NCBI GenBank assembly: GCA_946612455.1
Contig: CAMOER010000008.1
Location: 24,934 to 88,933 of the forward strand
Length of the DNA: 64,000 nt
DNA from: an uncultured Lachnospiraceae bacterium
GTDB lineage: Bacteria; Bacillota; Clostridia; Lachnospirales; Lachnospiraceae
Direction: 5' to 3'
The translations under genes and the position numbers were made by a program. Shown in pieces: positions 54,395 through 63,175 of the stretch; position 1 is the stretch's first letter; every line of letters begins with the position of its first letter. The notes below the pieces were generated by a model. The model searched no databases and was not told the DNA's origin. It saw only the letters and a list, made by a program, of their open reading frames with translations.

Positions 54395-54482
54395 CGGAGA
54401 GTGTGGGATTCGAACCCACGTGCCGGGAAACCGACAACCGCATTTCGAGTGCGGCTCGTTATGACCACTTCGATAACTCTCC
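54395..54482 (-). tRNA. tRNA-Ser (anticodon CGA), class II with a long variable arm
   Basis: Acceptor GGAGAGT/ACTCTCC, anticodon stem CCGCA/TGCGG with loop CTCGAAA, long variable arm, T arm GTGGG-TTCGAAT-CCCAC, discriminator G. Confidence 0.9.
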
Positions 54483-54510
54483 ATACTGTCACAAAGTGAC
54501 GCCGGCACAC

Positions 54511-54539
54511 ATTATAACATGCGCCGGCGGATTATGCAA
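54511..54539 (-). promoter_or_regulatory. candidate promoter for the tRNA-Ser/tRNA-Val pair
   Basis: The minus strand has TTGCAT, 17 nt, TATAAT, about 29 nt upstream of the tRNA-Ser 5' end. Confidence 0.5.
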
Positions 54540-54570
54540 CGACTTCTCTTTTTTCGTCCGTGACAATCGA

Positions 54571-54939
54571 TTACAGGGAAACCTTGCCCGTGATCTTGTC
54601 ATTGATGACATAGTAAGCTGCGCCGTCCTCGGGCTTGATGTAGAGCTCGATGGATTTTACGCTGGAGAAACGATGTCCCTGTGCGGTAAAGGCAGCCTCG
54701 ACTTTCGCCATGATATCGCTTTCCTTATATTCGGCACCTGCAAACTGGATATAGGTCTCGCGGACCATGAGCTTTGTAACTTCTTTCTTGGCAGCCTTGG
54801 TCGCTTTCTCCGTTACCTTCTTAGCTTCCTTTGTCGCTTTCTTCGCACTGGCTTTCGCTTTCTTTACTGTCTCTTTTGCAGTATCCATTGCGAGATCTTT
54901 GGTGGATTCGATGGTTTCCTTGACTTCTTCCTTGTTCAT
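54571..54939 (-). CDS. hypothetical Lys/Ala/Thr-rich protein
   Basis: 122 aa. The N-terminal half is low-complexity (KETVKKAKASAKKATKEAKKVTEKATKAAKKE). The C-terminal half is a compact alpha/beta region. No family assigned. Confidence 0.5.
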   Translation of the reverse strand: MNKEEVKETIESTKDLAMDTAKETVKKAKASAKKATKEAKKVTEKATKAAKKEVTKLMVRETYIQFAGAEYKESDIMAKVEAAFTAQGHRFSSVKSIELYIKPEDGAAYYVINDKITGKVSL

Positions 54940-55113
54940 GAAAATACGCTCCTTTCATAAGGATCAGAAATATTGGAATACGTCAGTCCCTATTGTCTGA
55001 CGTATGCAGGTCGTGGTTTTGTAAGTGATCCTCGCTCTTACGGTTCTCTACTCTAGCACAGAACATAATTTAATGCAAGTGAAAAGTGATAATTCATGAA
55101 TCTTTAAGGATTC

Positions 55114-57084
55114 TTAAGGAATGACTTTCCATTCTTTACCGGTCATGGAAAATGCTGTCACATCGTTACCGACTATGTAAAAAGTTTCCTCTGCGTACAG
55201 GCCGCGGACAGCATCGTCATCTTCCGTTTCGGCATGCAGAAGTTTTTCAAAACCTTTTCCGGCCTGCCAGGTAAAGACATTGTAGTACGGCATCCAGGCG
55301 ACATCCTCCTCTCCTTCCAGGGCCGAAAATCCGATCAGGTTTTTTCCCGGATCGGCGAGGATCGCTTTGTAATTATAATCGATCGCCGAGGAGGCACGCC
55401 CTTCCCTGATCACCATCGTATCTTCTGCTTTGATATCGGTCGGATCGGACACGTTGAACATCGTGAGCTTGATACCCAGAAACGTTCCGGTCACGGGATC
55501 CGTTTCATAACCGAGGCCGAGCATGTGATCTTCATCCCACGGGTGCATATAATCCGAAAAGCCGCTGATCTTCAGTTCGCCGAGCAGCTTCGGATGCGCC
55601 GGATCGGCAATATCCGCCGCGAAGATCGGATCGGTATTTCTGTAGGTCACGAAATACGCTGTATCCCCGATATATCTGGCGGCGTAAATGTACTCGCCTT
55701 TCGCAATGCCGGTGAGGAAGCCGGTCAGCTCCAGGGAATCCTTATCGAGCAGATACAGCCGGTTGTCCGTCTGTCCGGATCCGTTATCGACTGTCGCAAG
55801 TACCCGGAGCGTATCCGGTCCTTCAGAGATCGCAAATCTGTCTGTGATCGAACCCTTCACACTGCATGTGTTTCCTGCAAAAATCCTGCCGTCTCCGTAG
55901 GGCATGCTGATGATCTTTGTAGATCCGGAACCGTACAGATAATCATTATAGTAAAGCCATACGGCGGAAGGACCGACATACACCTGGGCATAATGCAGGA
56001 AGATGAATTTGGCATCATCGAAGACTTCCGGCGTGCTTTCCGTAAAGGTAGACGCCAGGATCCCGGAATCGGAATCTTCCGCCATGTAAATGCTGTCCGC
56101 CGGGATCATTTTGTCCGCAGCCTGCGGCACCCACTGCTCCGGAGCGTTCATCTTTCCATCTTTCTCAAAAGCTTCCGCATACAGATAAACATTCGTGAAC
56201 AGGGTAATGCGGCTGCCCTGCTTTCTAGCGGTGTTGTAATAGCCGTCCTGGGTAAAAAGGCCCGTAAACTGCGGCGCTTCCCCGGAAATATCATATACGG
56301 CTGCGAATGTCCGGACCTGATCCGGAATCCCCTCCGGCCGCGCATAGTCCTGCCCGAACTGCTGCAGTTCAGCTGTCTTCGTCATTTCACCGATGACAGT
56401 CAGATACTTTTCATCCAGGAAGAGCTCCAGAATATTGTCGGAAGCCTGCGGATCCGGCAGTTCGATGGTGCTCTCCGCACCCGGCCTGCCGTCCCGAATA
56501 TCGGTACGGATGACGGAGGTTCCGGATACTCTGTAAATATATTTGCCGTCTGTCTTTACGAGATCGCTTTCATCAATGCCTTCCACCATGACATTGGTTC
56601 CGGAATGATTCGAAGCACCGGTCGCCGCTGCTTCTTTTGCTGCCGTACCGGAATCCGCAAGCGGCGCTTCTTCTGTAACGATATCCTCAGCCGCAGCTTC
56701 CGTCATATAAGCAATATCCCCGTCCAGGATCTGTGCATCGTTATACAGCTTCAGCATGGTATAAACTTCATCGTAGTTCCCCGCCGCAGGAACTGCTGCT
56801 TCTCCGGATGCCGAGTGATTGATTTCAGAAGCTTCCGTTTCTTCCTGAAGGAGCCCGGAAGCCGCTTCCTGCTGTGTTTCTTGTGTAACGGAGGTCTGTT
56901 CATAATGGTTTACTGCGATGCCTGTCCGCATGACGGAATAGCCGACAAGCAGTGTCATACACGCAGCCGCTGCAACAGGGATCACCCAGATCCGTTTTCT
57001 GCGCACCGGTTCCTTCTGCAGTGCTTCTTCGATCAGTTCATCGTCTATATGATTCATGCCGTTTAACAGATCTTCCGGTCTCAT
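55114..57084 (-). CDS. membrane-anchored beta-propeller-domain protein, probable anti-sigma factor partner
   Basis: Short cytoplasmic N-terminus, one TM (IWVIPVAAAACMTLLVGYSV), and a large extracytoplasmic domain resembling the secreted beta-propeller family. Its start overlaps the ECF sigma stop (ATGA). Confidence 0.65.
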   Translation of the reverse strand: MRPEDLLNGMNHIDDELIEEALQKEPVRRKRIWVIPVAAAACMTLLVGYSVMRTGIAVNHYEQTSVTQETQQEAASGLLQEETEASEINHSASGEAAVPAAGNYDEVYTMLKLYNDAQILDGDIAYMTEAAAEDIVTEEAPLADSGTAAKEAAATGASNHSGTNVMVEGIDESDLVKTDGKYIYRVSGTSVIRTDIRDGRPGAESTIELPDPQASDNILELFLDEKYLTVIGEMTKTAELQQFGQDYARPEGIPDQVRTFAAVYDISGEAPQFTGLFTQDGYYNTARKQGSRITLFTNVYLYAEAFEKDGKMNAPEQWVPQAADKMIPADSIYMAEDSDSGILASTFTESTPEVFDDAKFIFLHYAQVYVGPSAVWLYYNDYLYGSGSTKIISMPYGDGRIFAGNTCSVKGSITDRFAISEGPDTLRVLATVDNGSGQTDNRLYLLDKDSLELTGFLTGIAKGEYIYAARYIGDTAYFVTYRNTDPIFAADIADPAHPKLLGELKISGFSDYMHPWDEDHMLGLGYETDPVTGTFLGIKLTMFNVSDPTDIKAEDTMVIREGRASSAIDYNYKAILADPGKNLIGFSALEGEEDVAWMPYYNVFTWQAGKGFEKLLHAETEDDDAVRGLYAEETFYIVGNDVTAFSMTGKEWKVIP

Positions 57085-57632
57085 AATGTATACCCCTCTC
57101 TGTTCAGATGCTCCCGGAGACGATTTCTCGTCCGGTGCAGATTTACCTTCACGCGGCTCTCCGTGCTGCCGGTGACGTCCGCGATCTCCCTGACGGATTC
57201 GCCAAACCAGTAACGCAGGATGAACATGCGCCTGGAATCCGGATTCTGGCTGTACAGGAATGCGGAGAGCGTACGGCCCAGCTCGTGCATGTCAATCCCC
57301 TCTTCCACGCTGCCGCCGGGAATACACGCAAGGAGCTCATCGGAAAGCTCCCCGACGACGGCTTTCCGTTTTGCCGCGTTCAGCCGGGAAAGACGATGAC
57401 CGATATGATTCCGGAGGACCTTCAGAAGCCAGGCGCAGAAATGCACAGGCCGGACGGGCGGGATCGAATTCCAGGCCGACAGATATGTGTCGTTTACGCA
57501 TTCCTCTCCGTCTTCCTTTGCCAGCAGATTGTCTGCCAGATGGTGCAGCCGGCTTCCGTATTTGCTGTCGGTCTCGGAGATCGCCCGCTCATCCCTTTCA
57601 AAATACAGGCTGATGATCTCAATATCTTCCAT
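57081..57632 (-). CDS. ECF-type RNA polymerase sigma-70 factor
   Basis: 183 aa. Region 2 (DTYLSAWNSIP) and region 4 (FILRYWFGESVREIADVTGSTESRVKVNLHRTR) signatures. Confidence 0.85.
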   Translation of the reverse strand: MEDIEIISLYFERDERAISETDSKYGSRLHHLADNLLAKEDGEECVNDTYLSAWNSIPPVRPVHFCAWLLKVLRNHIGHRLSRLNAAKRKAVVGELSDELLACIPGGSVEEGIDMHELGRTLSAFLYSQNPDSRRMFILRYWFGESVREIADVTGSTESRVKVNLHRTRNRLREHLNREGYTL

Positions 57633-57708
57633 TGCGGGTCCCTTTCTGTGAATATAAGTCTGCGTTCATCCTTACAGTACCGTTTGATTCCGGAAGGTTA
57701 CATCTGAA

Positions 57709-57751
57709 CAAAAAAAGCGGTATAAAGTCTTTCTGCAAGACGATTATACCG
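57709..57751 (-). terminator. rho-independent terminator after citXG
   Basis: The minus strand has GCGGTATAA ... TTATACCGC followed by TTTTTTTG. Confidence 0.75.
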
Positions 57752-57780
57752 CATAAATTCTGTCTGAAACAGCAAAGCTT

Positions 57781-59178
57781 TTATAAGAGCCAGGAAAGGA
57801 GATACAGCCAGTAGGTCAGCGCGAGCAGATCGGCACATCCGCCTGCACTGAGATTCTTTTCGATAAAGGACCGGTCGAGCGCCCGGATCACGCTTTCCGT
57901 CGGTTCCGGATCCTTAGCAAGAAGGCTCCGGATCTCCTCTTTGACCTGCAGCTGCACCTCTCTGGAAGAACGTTTGATCATATTGGAATCATCTACGTTG
58001 GCAAGCAGATGGAGCAGCGCAAGGGAACCGGCGCGCTGATAGTCCATGCCGGCATCCAGATACTCCGCCAGATACGGCCAGCAGAACCGCTGTACCGACA
58101 GAAAACCGCCGGCTGCTTCCGCTCGGATCCCGCCCAGGCGGAATTTCTCATACTGCTCTTCACCCGCTGTGCGGATGTGTCCGTCTTCCAGCGGCAGAAG
58201 ACGGAAATCCTCTTTCAGGGCCGGTGCAGCGATCTTGGACGCCGTAGCCAGGATCTGGGGAAGCAGTGTTTCCCGTTCGGTATAGGAAGCTGTGACATAG
58301 CCCGCAGCAGCTGCCAGAATGCCGAGTGAGAAGATCATGCCTTTATGCGTGTTGACTCCGCCTGTAGCCTGCAGCATGGCGTTTTCCGCCTCTATGCCGA
58401 TCGGGCGGATATATTTCAGGACGCTCTCCGCCGATTCATTCTGCAGTTCGAATCCGGCCGCAGCAAACCGGGTGAAATAGGTTTCCAGCGCATAGGTGCT
58501 CTTTTCAAACAATGCGACATCCATGTCGGTATGGGAACCGGAATTCTCAAGGTCGACCAGGCCCGGCTTCGGTGTGGTATACACCTCCATCAGCATGGCC
58601 TGCCGGCACAGTCTGCCGATCATATCGGAGGAAAGCCTGTATCTGCCGCACTGGGCGAGCAGCAGCCGCACGGTGGCATCCTGGATCTCTTCCACGGTAT
58701 GGGCACGGCTTCTGGCGCAGATGCCGTCTGTTTTTCCGCAGACCAGACATGGTCTCGCAGCGAGGCCCAGTTCTGTCCGGGATACCTTCTCTCCGTCCGG
58801 CTTCAGCACATCGATGTCAAAGAGCCTGCCGGCAGGTTCTTCCTCCTCCAGGGGAAGCAGTACTTTCTTCACTTCATACGCGTCTGCATGCACAGAGAGA
58901 TATCCTTCTGGTCCGTATACGTTATCCGCGATAAATGAATCGGCAGGAGGCATGCGGCTGACCAGAAGTGTATTCCTGATGAGGTCAAAGGTATTATAGA
59001 AAACTTCCTCGGCCAGTGGGAAACGTTTGACCGGTCCGGCAATATTCAATGTAAAACAGACCAGCGTACACGGGTTTTTGATCTGTGCGCGCATCTGTCT
59101 GCGGACGCGGTCTTCCCGGCCTTTCAGCATAACAGGCAGGGTAACTTCGGGGCCAATGATCCAGTTGGTGCTTTTCAT
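57781..59178 (-). CDS. citXG: bifunctional CitX (apo-ACP phosphoribosyl-dephospho-CoA transferase) / CitG (triphosphoribosyl-dephospho-CoA synthase)
   Basis: The N-terminal roughly 180 aa are CitX-like (LKGREDRVRRQ...CFTLNIAGPVK). The C-terminal roughly 280 aa are CitG-like (TPKPGLVDLENSGSHTDMD, GGVNTHKG). Confidence 0.7.
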   Translation of the reverse strand: MKSTNWIIGPEVTLPVMLKGREDRVRRQMRAQIKNPCTLVCFTLNIAGPVKRFPLAEEVFYNTFDLIRNTLLVSRMPPADSFIADNVYGPEGYLSVHADAYEVKKVLLPLEEEEPAGRLFDIDVLKPDGEKVSRTELGLAARPCLVCGKTDGICARSRAHTVEEIQDATVRLLLAQCGRYRLSSDMIGRLCRQAMLMEVYTTPKPGLVDLENSGSHTDMDVALFEKSTYALETYFTRFAAAGFELQNESAESVLKYIRPIGIEAENAMLQATGGVNTHKGMIFSLGILAAAAGYVTASYTERETLLPQILATASKIAAPALKEDFRLLPLEDGHIRTAGEEQYEKFRLGGIRAEAAGGFLSVQRFCWPYLAEYLDAGMDYQRAGSLALLHLLANVDDSNMIKRSSREVQLQVKEEIRSLLAKDPEPTESVIRALDRSFIEKNLSAGGCADLLALTYWLYLLSWLL

Positions 59179-59232
59179 GATTCTGGTTCCTTTTCCGGCA
59201 TCGGACTCGGCCGGGCTTTCTATTTTGATCGG

Positions 59233-60420
59233 TCAGAACGGTCTGCCGCTTTTCGTGATCTTTTCTCCGGTATAGGTCCTTCCGGCGCCTTCGGCATCGA
59301 AGAAGTCAGAGGCTTTCTCAAGGAGCGCCCTGATCGGCAGATGCTGCGGGCAGTAAGTCTCACAGTTTCCGCAGTGCAGACAGTCCTCCATCTTTCCGTA
59401 GCCGTCGGAGATCAGGTTGGCATACATTTCCTTCTCAGAGGACCAGCTGGGGTTCGTATCCAGCTTTTCCTGATTGTACAGCGCAAAATAGCTGGGGATA
59501 TTGAGATTCATCGGACAGCGGTCCGCTTCCACGCAGTAGCGGCAGCCCGTGCACGGAATCGAAATGCTGGAATTCAGGATGATCCGGACTTTGTCAAGCG
59601 CTGCGAGTTCCTCTTCGGTCAGAGGCACTGCTTCCTGCATGGTCTTCATATTGTCGGCAAGCTGGGCCTCATCGCTCATTCCGGAGAGGACCATAAAGAC
59701 ACCGGGCAGACCTGCGGCGAAACGGATCGCCCAGGACGCCGGGCTCCAGTCGGGGTGTACTTTCCGCAGGACTGCTTCTGCTTCCTTCGGGATATTGGCA
59801 AGCGTACCGCCCTTTACGGGTTCCATGACGATCACGGGTTTGCCGTGGCGAACGGCTGCTTCGTAACATTTGCGGCTCTGAATCCCTTCATTTTCCCAGT
59901 CCAGATAGTTGATCTGCAGCTGGACAAATTCGAGCTGCGGAAATTCGGAAAATGTACGGTCGACAAAATCCCCCGTATCATGGCAGGAAAATCCAAGCTT
60001 TCTGATCTTCCCTTCGTCTTTCATCCGCTGCAGGAAACCGACCGTGTCGAGCTTCCTGGCAGTGTCGATGCAGGAAGAATTCAGATTATGGATCAGGTAA
60101 AAATCAAAGTAATCTACGCCGCATTTCTGTAGCTGTTCATAAAAGATCTTTTCCTGCTGCTCTTTTGTCTCGAACATGCCCATCGGCATCTTGGTCGCGA
60201 CAGTAAAGCTGTCTCTCGGATAACGCGCGACGACCGTTTTCCCGGTGACCGGTTCACTCTGAAATTCATGATACATATAGGCAGAGTCAAAATAACTGAA
60301 TCTACCGGCCATGAACATATCCACCATACCTGCAGTACGTTCGACATCAATACTGCCTTTATCATTCTTATCTGTGATGGGAAGCCGCATCATACCGAAG
60401 CCGAGCTTTTTCTGTTCCAT
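59233..60420 (-). CDS. aldo/keto reductase with a C-terminal 4Fe-4S ferredoxin-type domain
   Basis: ATG at 60420 after a GGAGGG RBS. AKR N-domain (LGFGMMRLP, DSAYMY). C-terminal CTGCRYCVEADRCP and CLHCGNCETYCP clusters. Confidence 0.8.
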   Translation of the reverse strand: MEQKKLGFGMMRLPITDKNDKGSIDVERTAGMVDMFMAGRFSYFDSAYMYHEFQSEPVTGKTVVARYPRDSFTVATKMPMGMFETKEQQEKIFYEQLQKCGVDYFDFYLIHNLNSSCIDTARKLDTVGFLQRMKDEGKIRKLGFSCHDTGDFVDRTFSEFPQLEFVQLQINYLDWENEGIQSRKCYEAAVRHGKPVIVMEPVKGGTLANIPKEAEAVLRKVHPDWSPASWAIRFAAGLPGVFMVLSGMSDEAQLADNMKTMQEAVPLTEEELAALDKVRIILNSSISIPCTGCRYCVEADRCPMNLNIPSYFALYNQEKLDTNPSWSSEKEMYANLISDGYGKMEDCLHCGNCETYCPQHLPIRALLEKASDFFDAEGAGRTYTGEKITKSGRPF

Positions 60421-60559
60421 AAGATCATCCCTCCGTTTGTTTGTCCCATCAGTATACCACAGATTCTGCGGTTGCAAACAGAAATCTTCCGTGCATCGGA
60501 ACGGACAAAAGAAAAGCACCCCGGGCAAAGCCGGGGTGCGGATCTTCGTAATATGAAAA

Positions 60560-61780
60560 TTACAGAAGCTTCTCGAGTCTCTTGCGGATCTCAAGGATGA
60601 ACTCTCTGGAGTTGACCTGATGTACTTCTTCCTTCGGAATCGTGGTGATCAGGGCAAGGTCCTTGGTCATATAGCCTTCCTCGATGGTATCGATGGTAGC
60701 TTTCTCAAGAGCCTTAGCGAATTTCTGCAGCTCAGCATTGCCGTCCAGCTCGCCTCTCTTGTTCAGAGCGCCGGTCCATGCAAAGATGGTAGCCACAGAG
60801 TTCGTGGAGGTCTCTTCACCCTTCAGATGCTTGTAGTAATGTCTGGTGACAGTACCATGAGCAGCTTCATACTCGTACTTGCCGTTCGGGTTTACAAGAA
60901 CGGAAGTCATCATAGCCAGGGAACCGAAAGCTGTTGCAAGCATATCGGACATGACATCGCCGTCATAGTTCTTGCAGGCCCAGATGTATCCACCCTCGGA
61001 ACGGATGACACGTGCTACGACGTCGTCGATCAGAGTGTAGAAATAGGTGATGCCGGCAGCTTCGAATTTCTCTTTGTACTCGGTCTCGTATACTTCTGCG
61101 AAGATATCCTTGAAGGTATGGTCATACTGTTTGGAGATGGTATCCTTGGTAGCGAACCACAGATCCTGCTTGGTATCGAGAGCATAGTTCATGCAGCTTC
61201 TTGCGAAAGATCTGATGGAGTTGCAGCGGTTGTGCATACCCTGGATCACGCCGCCCTCGTCCTCAGTGAATGTGAAGATCTCGGACTCTTTGGTCTCGCC
61301 CTTTTCGTTGGTGAATACGAGCTTCGCAGTACCTTTCTCAAAGCACTTCATCTCGGTGTTCTTGTAAACATCACCATAAGCATGACGAGCGATCGTGATG
61401 GGTTTCTTCCAGGTTCTTACGTAAGGCTCGATACCTCTTACAAGGATGGGAGCACGGAAAACGGTTCCGTCCATGATCGCACGGATGGTGCCGTTCGGGC
61501 TCTTCCACATCTGTGAAAGGTTGTACTCTTCAACACGCTGTGCATTGGGAGTGATGGTCGCGCACTTTACAGCTACGCCATACTTTAATGCAGCATTCGC
61601 GGAATCAATAGTGATCTGATCCTTGGTCTCTTCTCTCTTTACGAGGCTGAGATCATAATATTCTGTCTTGAGATCGATGAAGGGCAGCAGCAGCTCGTCT
61701 TTAATGATCTGCCACAGAACTCTTGTCATCTCATCGCCATCCATCTCGACCAGCGGAGTGGTCATCTGAATCTTTCCCAT
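60560..61780 (-). CDS. icd: NADP-dependent isocitrate dehydrogenase (eukaryotic-like IDH1/2 type)
   Basis: VEMDGDEMTRVLW, CATITPN and SIRSFA-type motifs, about 406 aa. ATG at 61780 follows a GGAGG RBS. Confidence 0.92.
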   Translation of the reverse strand: MGKIQMTTPLVEMDGDEMTRVLWQIIKDELLLPFIDLKTEYYDLSLVKREETKDQITIDSANAALKYGVAVKCATITPNAQRVEEYNLSQMWKSPNGTIRAIMDGTVFRAPILVRGIEPYVRTWKKPITIARHAYGDVYKNTEMKCFEKGTAKLVFTNEKGETKESEIFTFTEDEGGVIQGMHNRCNSIRSFARSCMNYALDTKQDLWFATKDTISKQYDHTFKDIFAEVYETEYKEKFEAAGITYFYTLIDDVVARVIRSEGGYIWACKNYDGDVMSDMLATAFGSLAMMTSVLVNPNGKYEYEAAHGTVTRHYYKHLKGEETSTNSVATIFAWTGALNKRGELDGNAELQKFAKALEKATIDTIEEGYMTKDLALITTIPKEEVHQVNSREFILEIRKRLEKLL

Positions 61781-62221
61781 TGGAATCATCCTCCTTTTGT
61801 GACTAAGCGCTTTTGCGCATAGACCTTTAAGATACAAAGATTATAGGACAGCAGGAAGTTAAAGTCAATTAGTAAAGAACTGAAAAAGCGGTCATTTTCT
61901 TTTCTTTTATATGGGATAGTTATATCTTTTCTTTATTTTTACAGCTTTAGGCCGTTTGGATTCGCAAAATTGATTCCGCAGCCGCTATAATTTGTAAAAT
62001 TGTCAGAATTCAAAATCGAATTGCTGTTTATTTATCCTGTGTATCATAAAATACAGGAATGGTATGTTTATAAAACAAGTAAAATAATAAAAACGGGTGC
62101 AGACAAACCGGGCGGCAGATTTACATAAACCTTTTGACACTGTCACGCGCTTATGCTATTGTTACATCATGAAAAGCCGTCCGAAACGGCTTGCAGAAGG
62201 AGGAATTTACGATGGTCTATG

Positions 62222-62377
62222 TATGTGACGTATGCGGTTGGGAATATGATGAAGAAGCCGGTTTCCCGGATGCCGGAATCGAGCCCGGAACGAAATGGGA
62301 AGATATCCCGGATGATTTCGAATGTCCGCTCTGCGGCGTAGACAAGAGCCAGTTTTCAGAACAGTAATCGGTAAGAA
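62222..62377 (+). CDS. rd: rubredoxin
   Basis: A 51-aa ORF missing from the track because it is under 60 aa: [51 protein letters not shown]. It has two CxxCG knuckles and an AGGAGG RBS. Confidence 0.9.
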
Positions 62378-62394
62378 AAAGCTCAAGGGGACAG

Positions 62395-62472
62395 GCACCG
62401 CGGTTAACCCGCGGTGCCTGTCCCCTTGGGTTAACCGCGGTTCCTGTCCTTGGGTTCTTTTATTATCAGTAT
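62395..62472. terminator. bidirectional terminator with a duplicated 3' arm
   Basis: 19-bp perfect stem AAGGGGACAGGCACCGCGG / CCGCGGTGCCTGTCCCCTT. A second near-copy of the 3' arm (GGGTTAACCGCGGTTCCTGTCCTTGGG) follows, then TTCTTTTATT. Confidence 0.75.
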
Positions 62473-62981
62473 TCTCCGAGCCATCTGGCCGAAGTCTCAG
62501 CCACGGCCTCTCCGGCCTGCAGGCTTGCCGGCACATTCAGCACCCGCTGGTTCCTGCTGCCGCGGAAATTCAGCTCCAGGCTCTTCTCTTCCATCAGGAA
62601 CGGTCCGTCGACAAGCACATCGATCAGCGACAGCAGTTTTTTCTGCGCTTCCGTCCCGTTCTGATACAGTTCTTCAAAGGTGAATCCCGTATAGGAAGCC
62701 ACTTCATAGCCTGCTTCTTTTAAAAGAACAGCCAGCTTTGCCAGTCCCTCCGCCTGCGTGAAAGGCTCTCCGCCGGAAAACGTGACGCCCCGGCAGAGCG
62801 GATTGCTCTTTACGATCTGAAGCAGCGTCTCCTCTTCCATCTCCTTACCGCCTGCGTAATCCCAGGTCTCTGGATTGTGACAGCCGGGGCAGTGATGCGG
62901 ACATCCCTGCACATAAAAGGCCGTGCGAATGCCCGGCCCGTCAACGATGGAATCTTCAGCTATTCCCGCCAGCTTAAGCAT
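62466..62981 (-). CDS. nrdG: anaerobic ribonucleoside-triphosphate reductase activating protein NrdG
   Basis: DGPGIRTAFYVQGCPHHCPGCHNPETW radical-SAM cluster motif, 171 aa. Confidence 0.9.
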   Translation of the reverse strand: MLKLAGIAEDSIVDGPGIRTAFYVQGCPHHCPGCHNPETWDYAGGKEMEEETLLQIVKSNPLCRGVTFSGGEPFTQAEGLAKLAVLLKEAGYEVASYTGFTFEELYQNGTEAQKKLLSLIDVLVDGPFLMEEKSLELNFRGSRNQRVLNVPASLQAGEAVAETSARWLGEY

Positions 62982-63135
62982 GGGCGGTAAGACCGTGCTT
63001 TACGCGGTCATGCTCTTCGGCGCGCTTTGCGTCGTTCCACTTATCCATGGTTCCTACAAGATATCCGGTGATGCGGCGGATCCGCTCAAATCCTACGCCC
63101 TGTCCGAGTTTCTCGTTATAGCTCTGTTCGCTCAT
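62974..63135 (-). CDS. stand-alone NrdD C-terminal glycyl-radical peptide (53 aa)
   Basis: Hand translation of the minus strand gives MSEQSYNEKLGQGVGFERIRRITGYLVGTMDKWNDAKRAEEHDRVKHGLTAHA. It contains the class III RNR glycyl-radical motif RRITGYL. It has its own AAGGGAG RBS 8 nt upstream, overlaps the nrdG start by 8 nt, and is in a different frame from the nrdD body. Confidence 0.7.
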   Translation of the reverse strand: MSEQSYNEKLGQGVGFERIRRITGYLVGTMDKWNDAKRAEEHDRVKHGLTAHA

Positions 63136-63175
63136 GATATTGATCTCCCTTCGTATGTGTATTGTTTTCTTCTCT

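Noticed and set aside
61838-62150. AT-rich 300-bp icd/rubredoxin intergenic region as a possible ncRNA or mobile remnant
   Set aside because: I could identify only short hairpins and ordinary divergent promoter-like elements (TTGACA, 17 nt, TATTGT for rubredoxin). There are no long repeats or conserved-looking structure.
62153-62341. 62-aa [19 protein letters not shown]...
   Set aside because: It is out of frame with, and largely overlapping, a textbook rubredoxin ORF that has a strong RBS. It has no RBS of its own.
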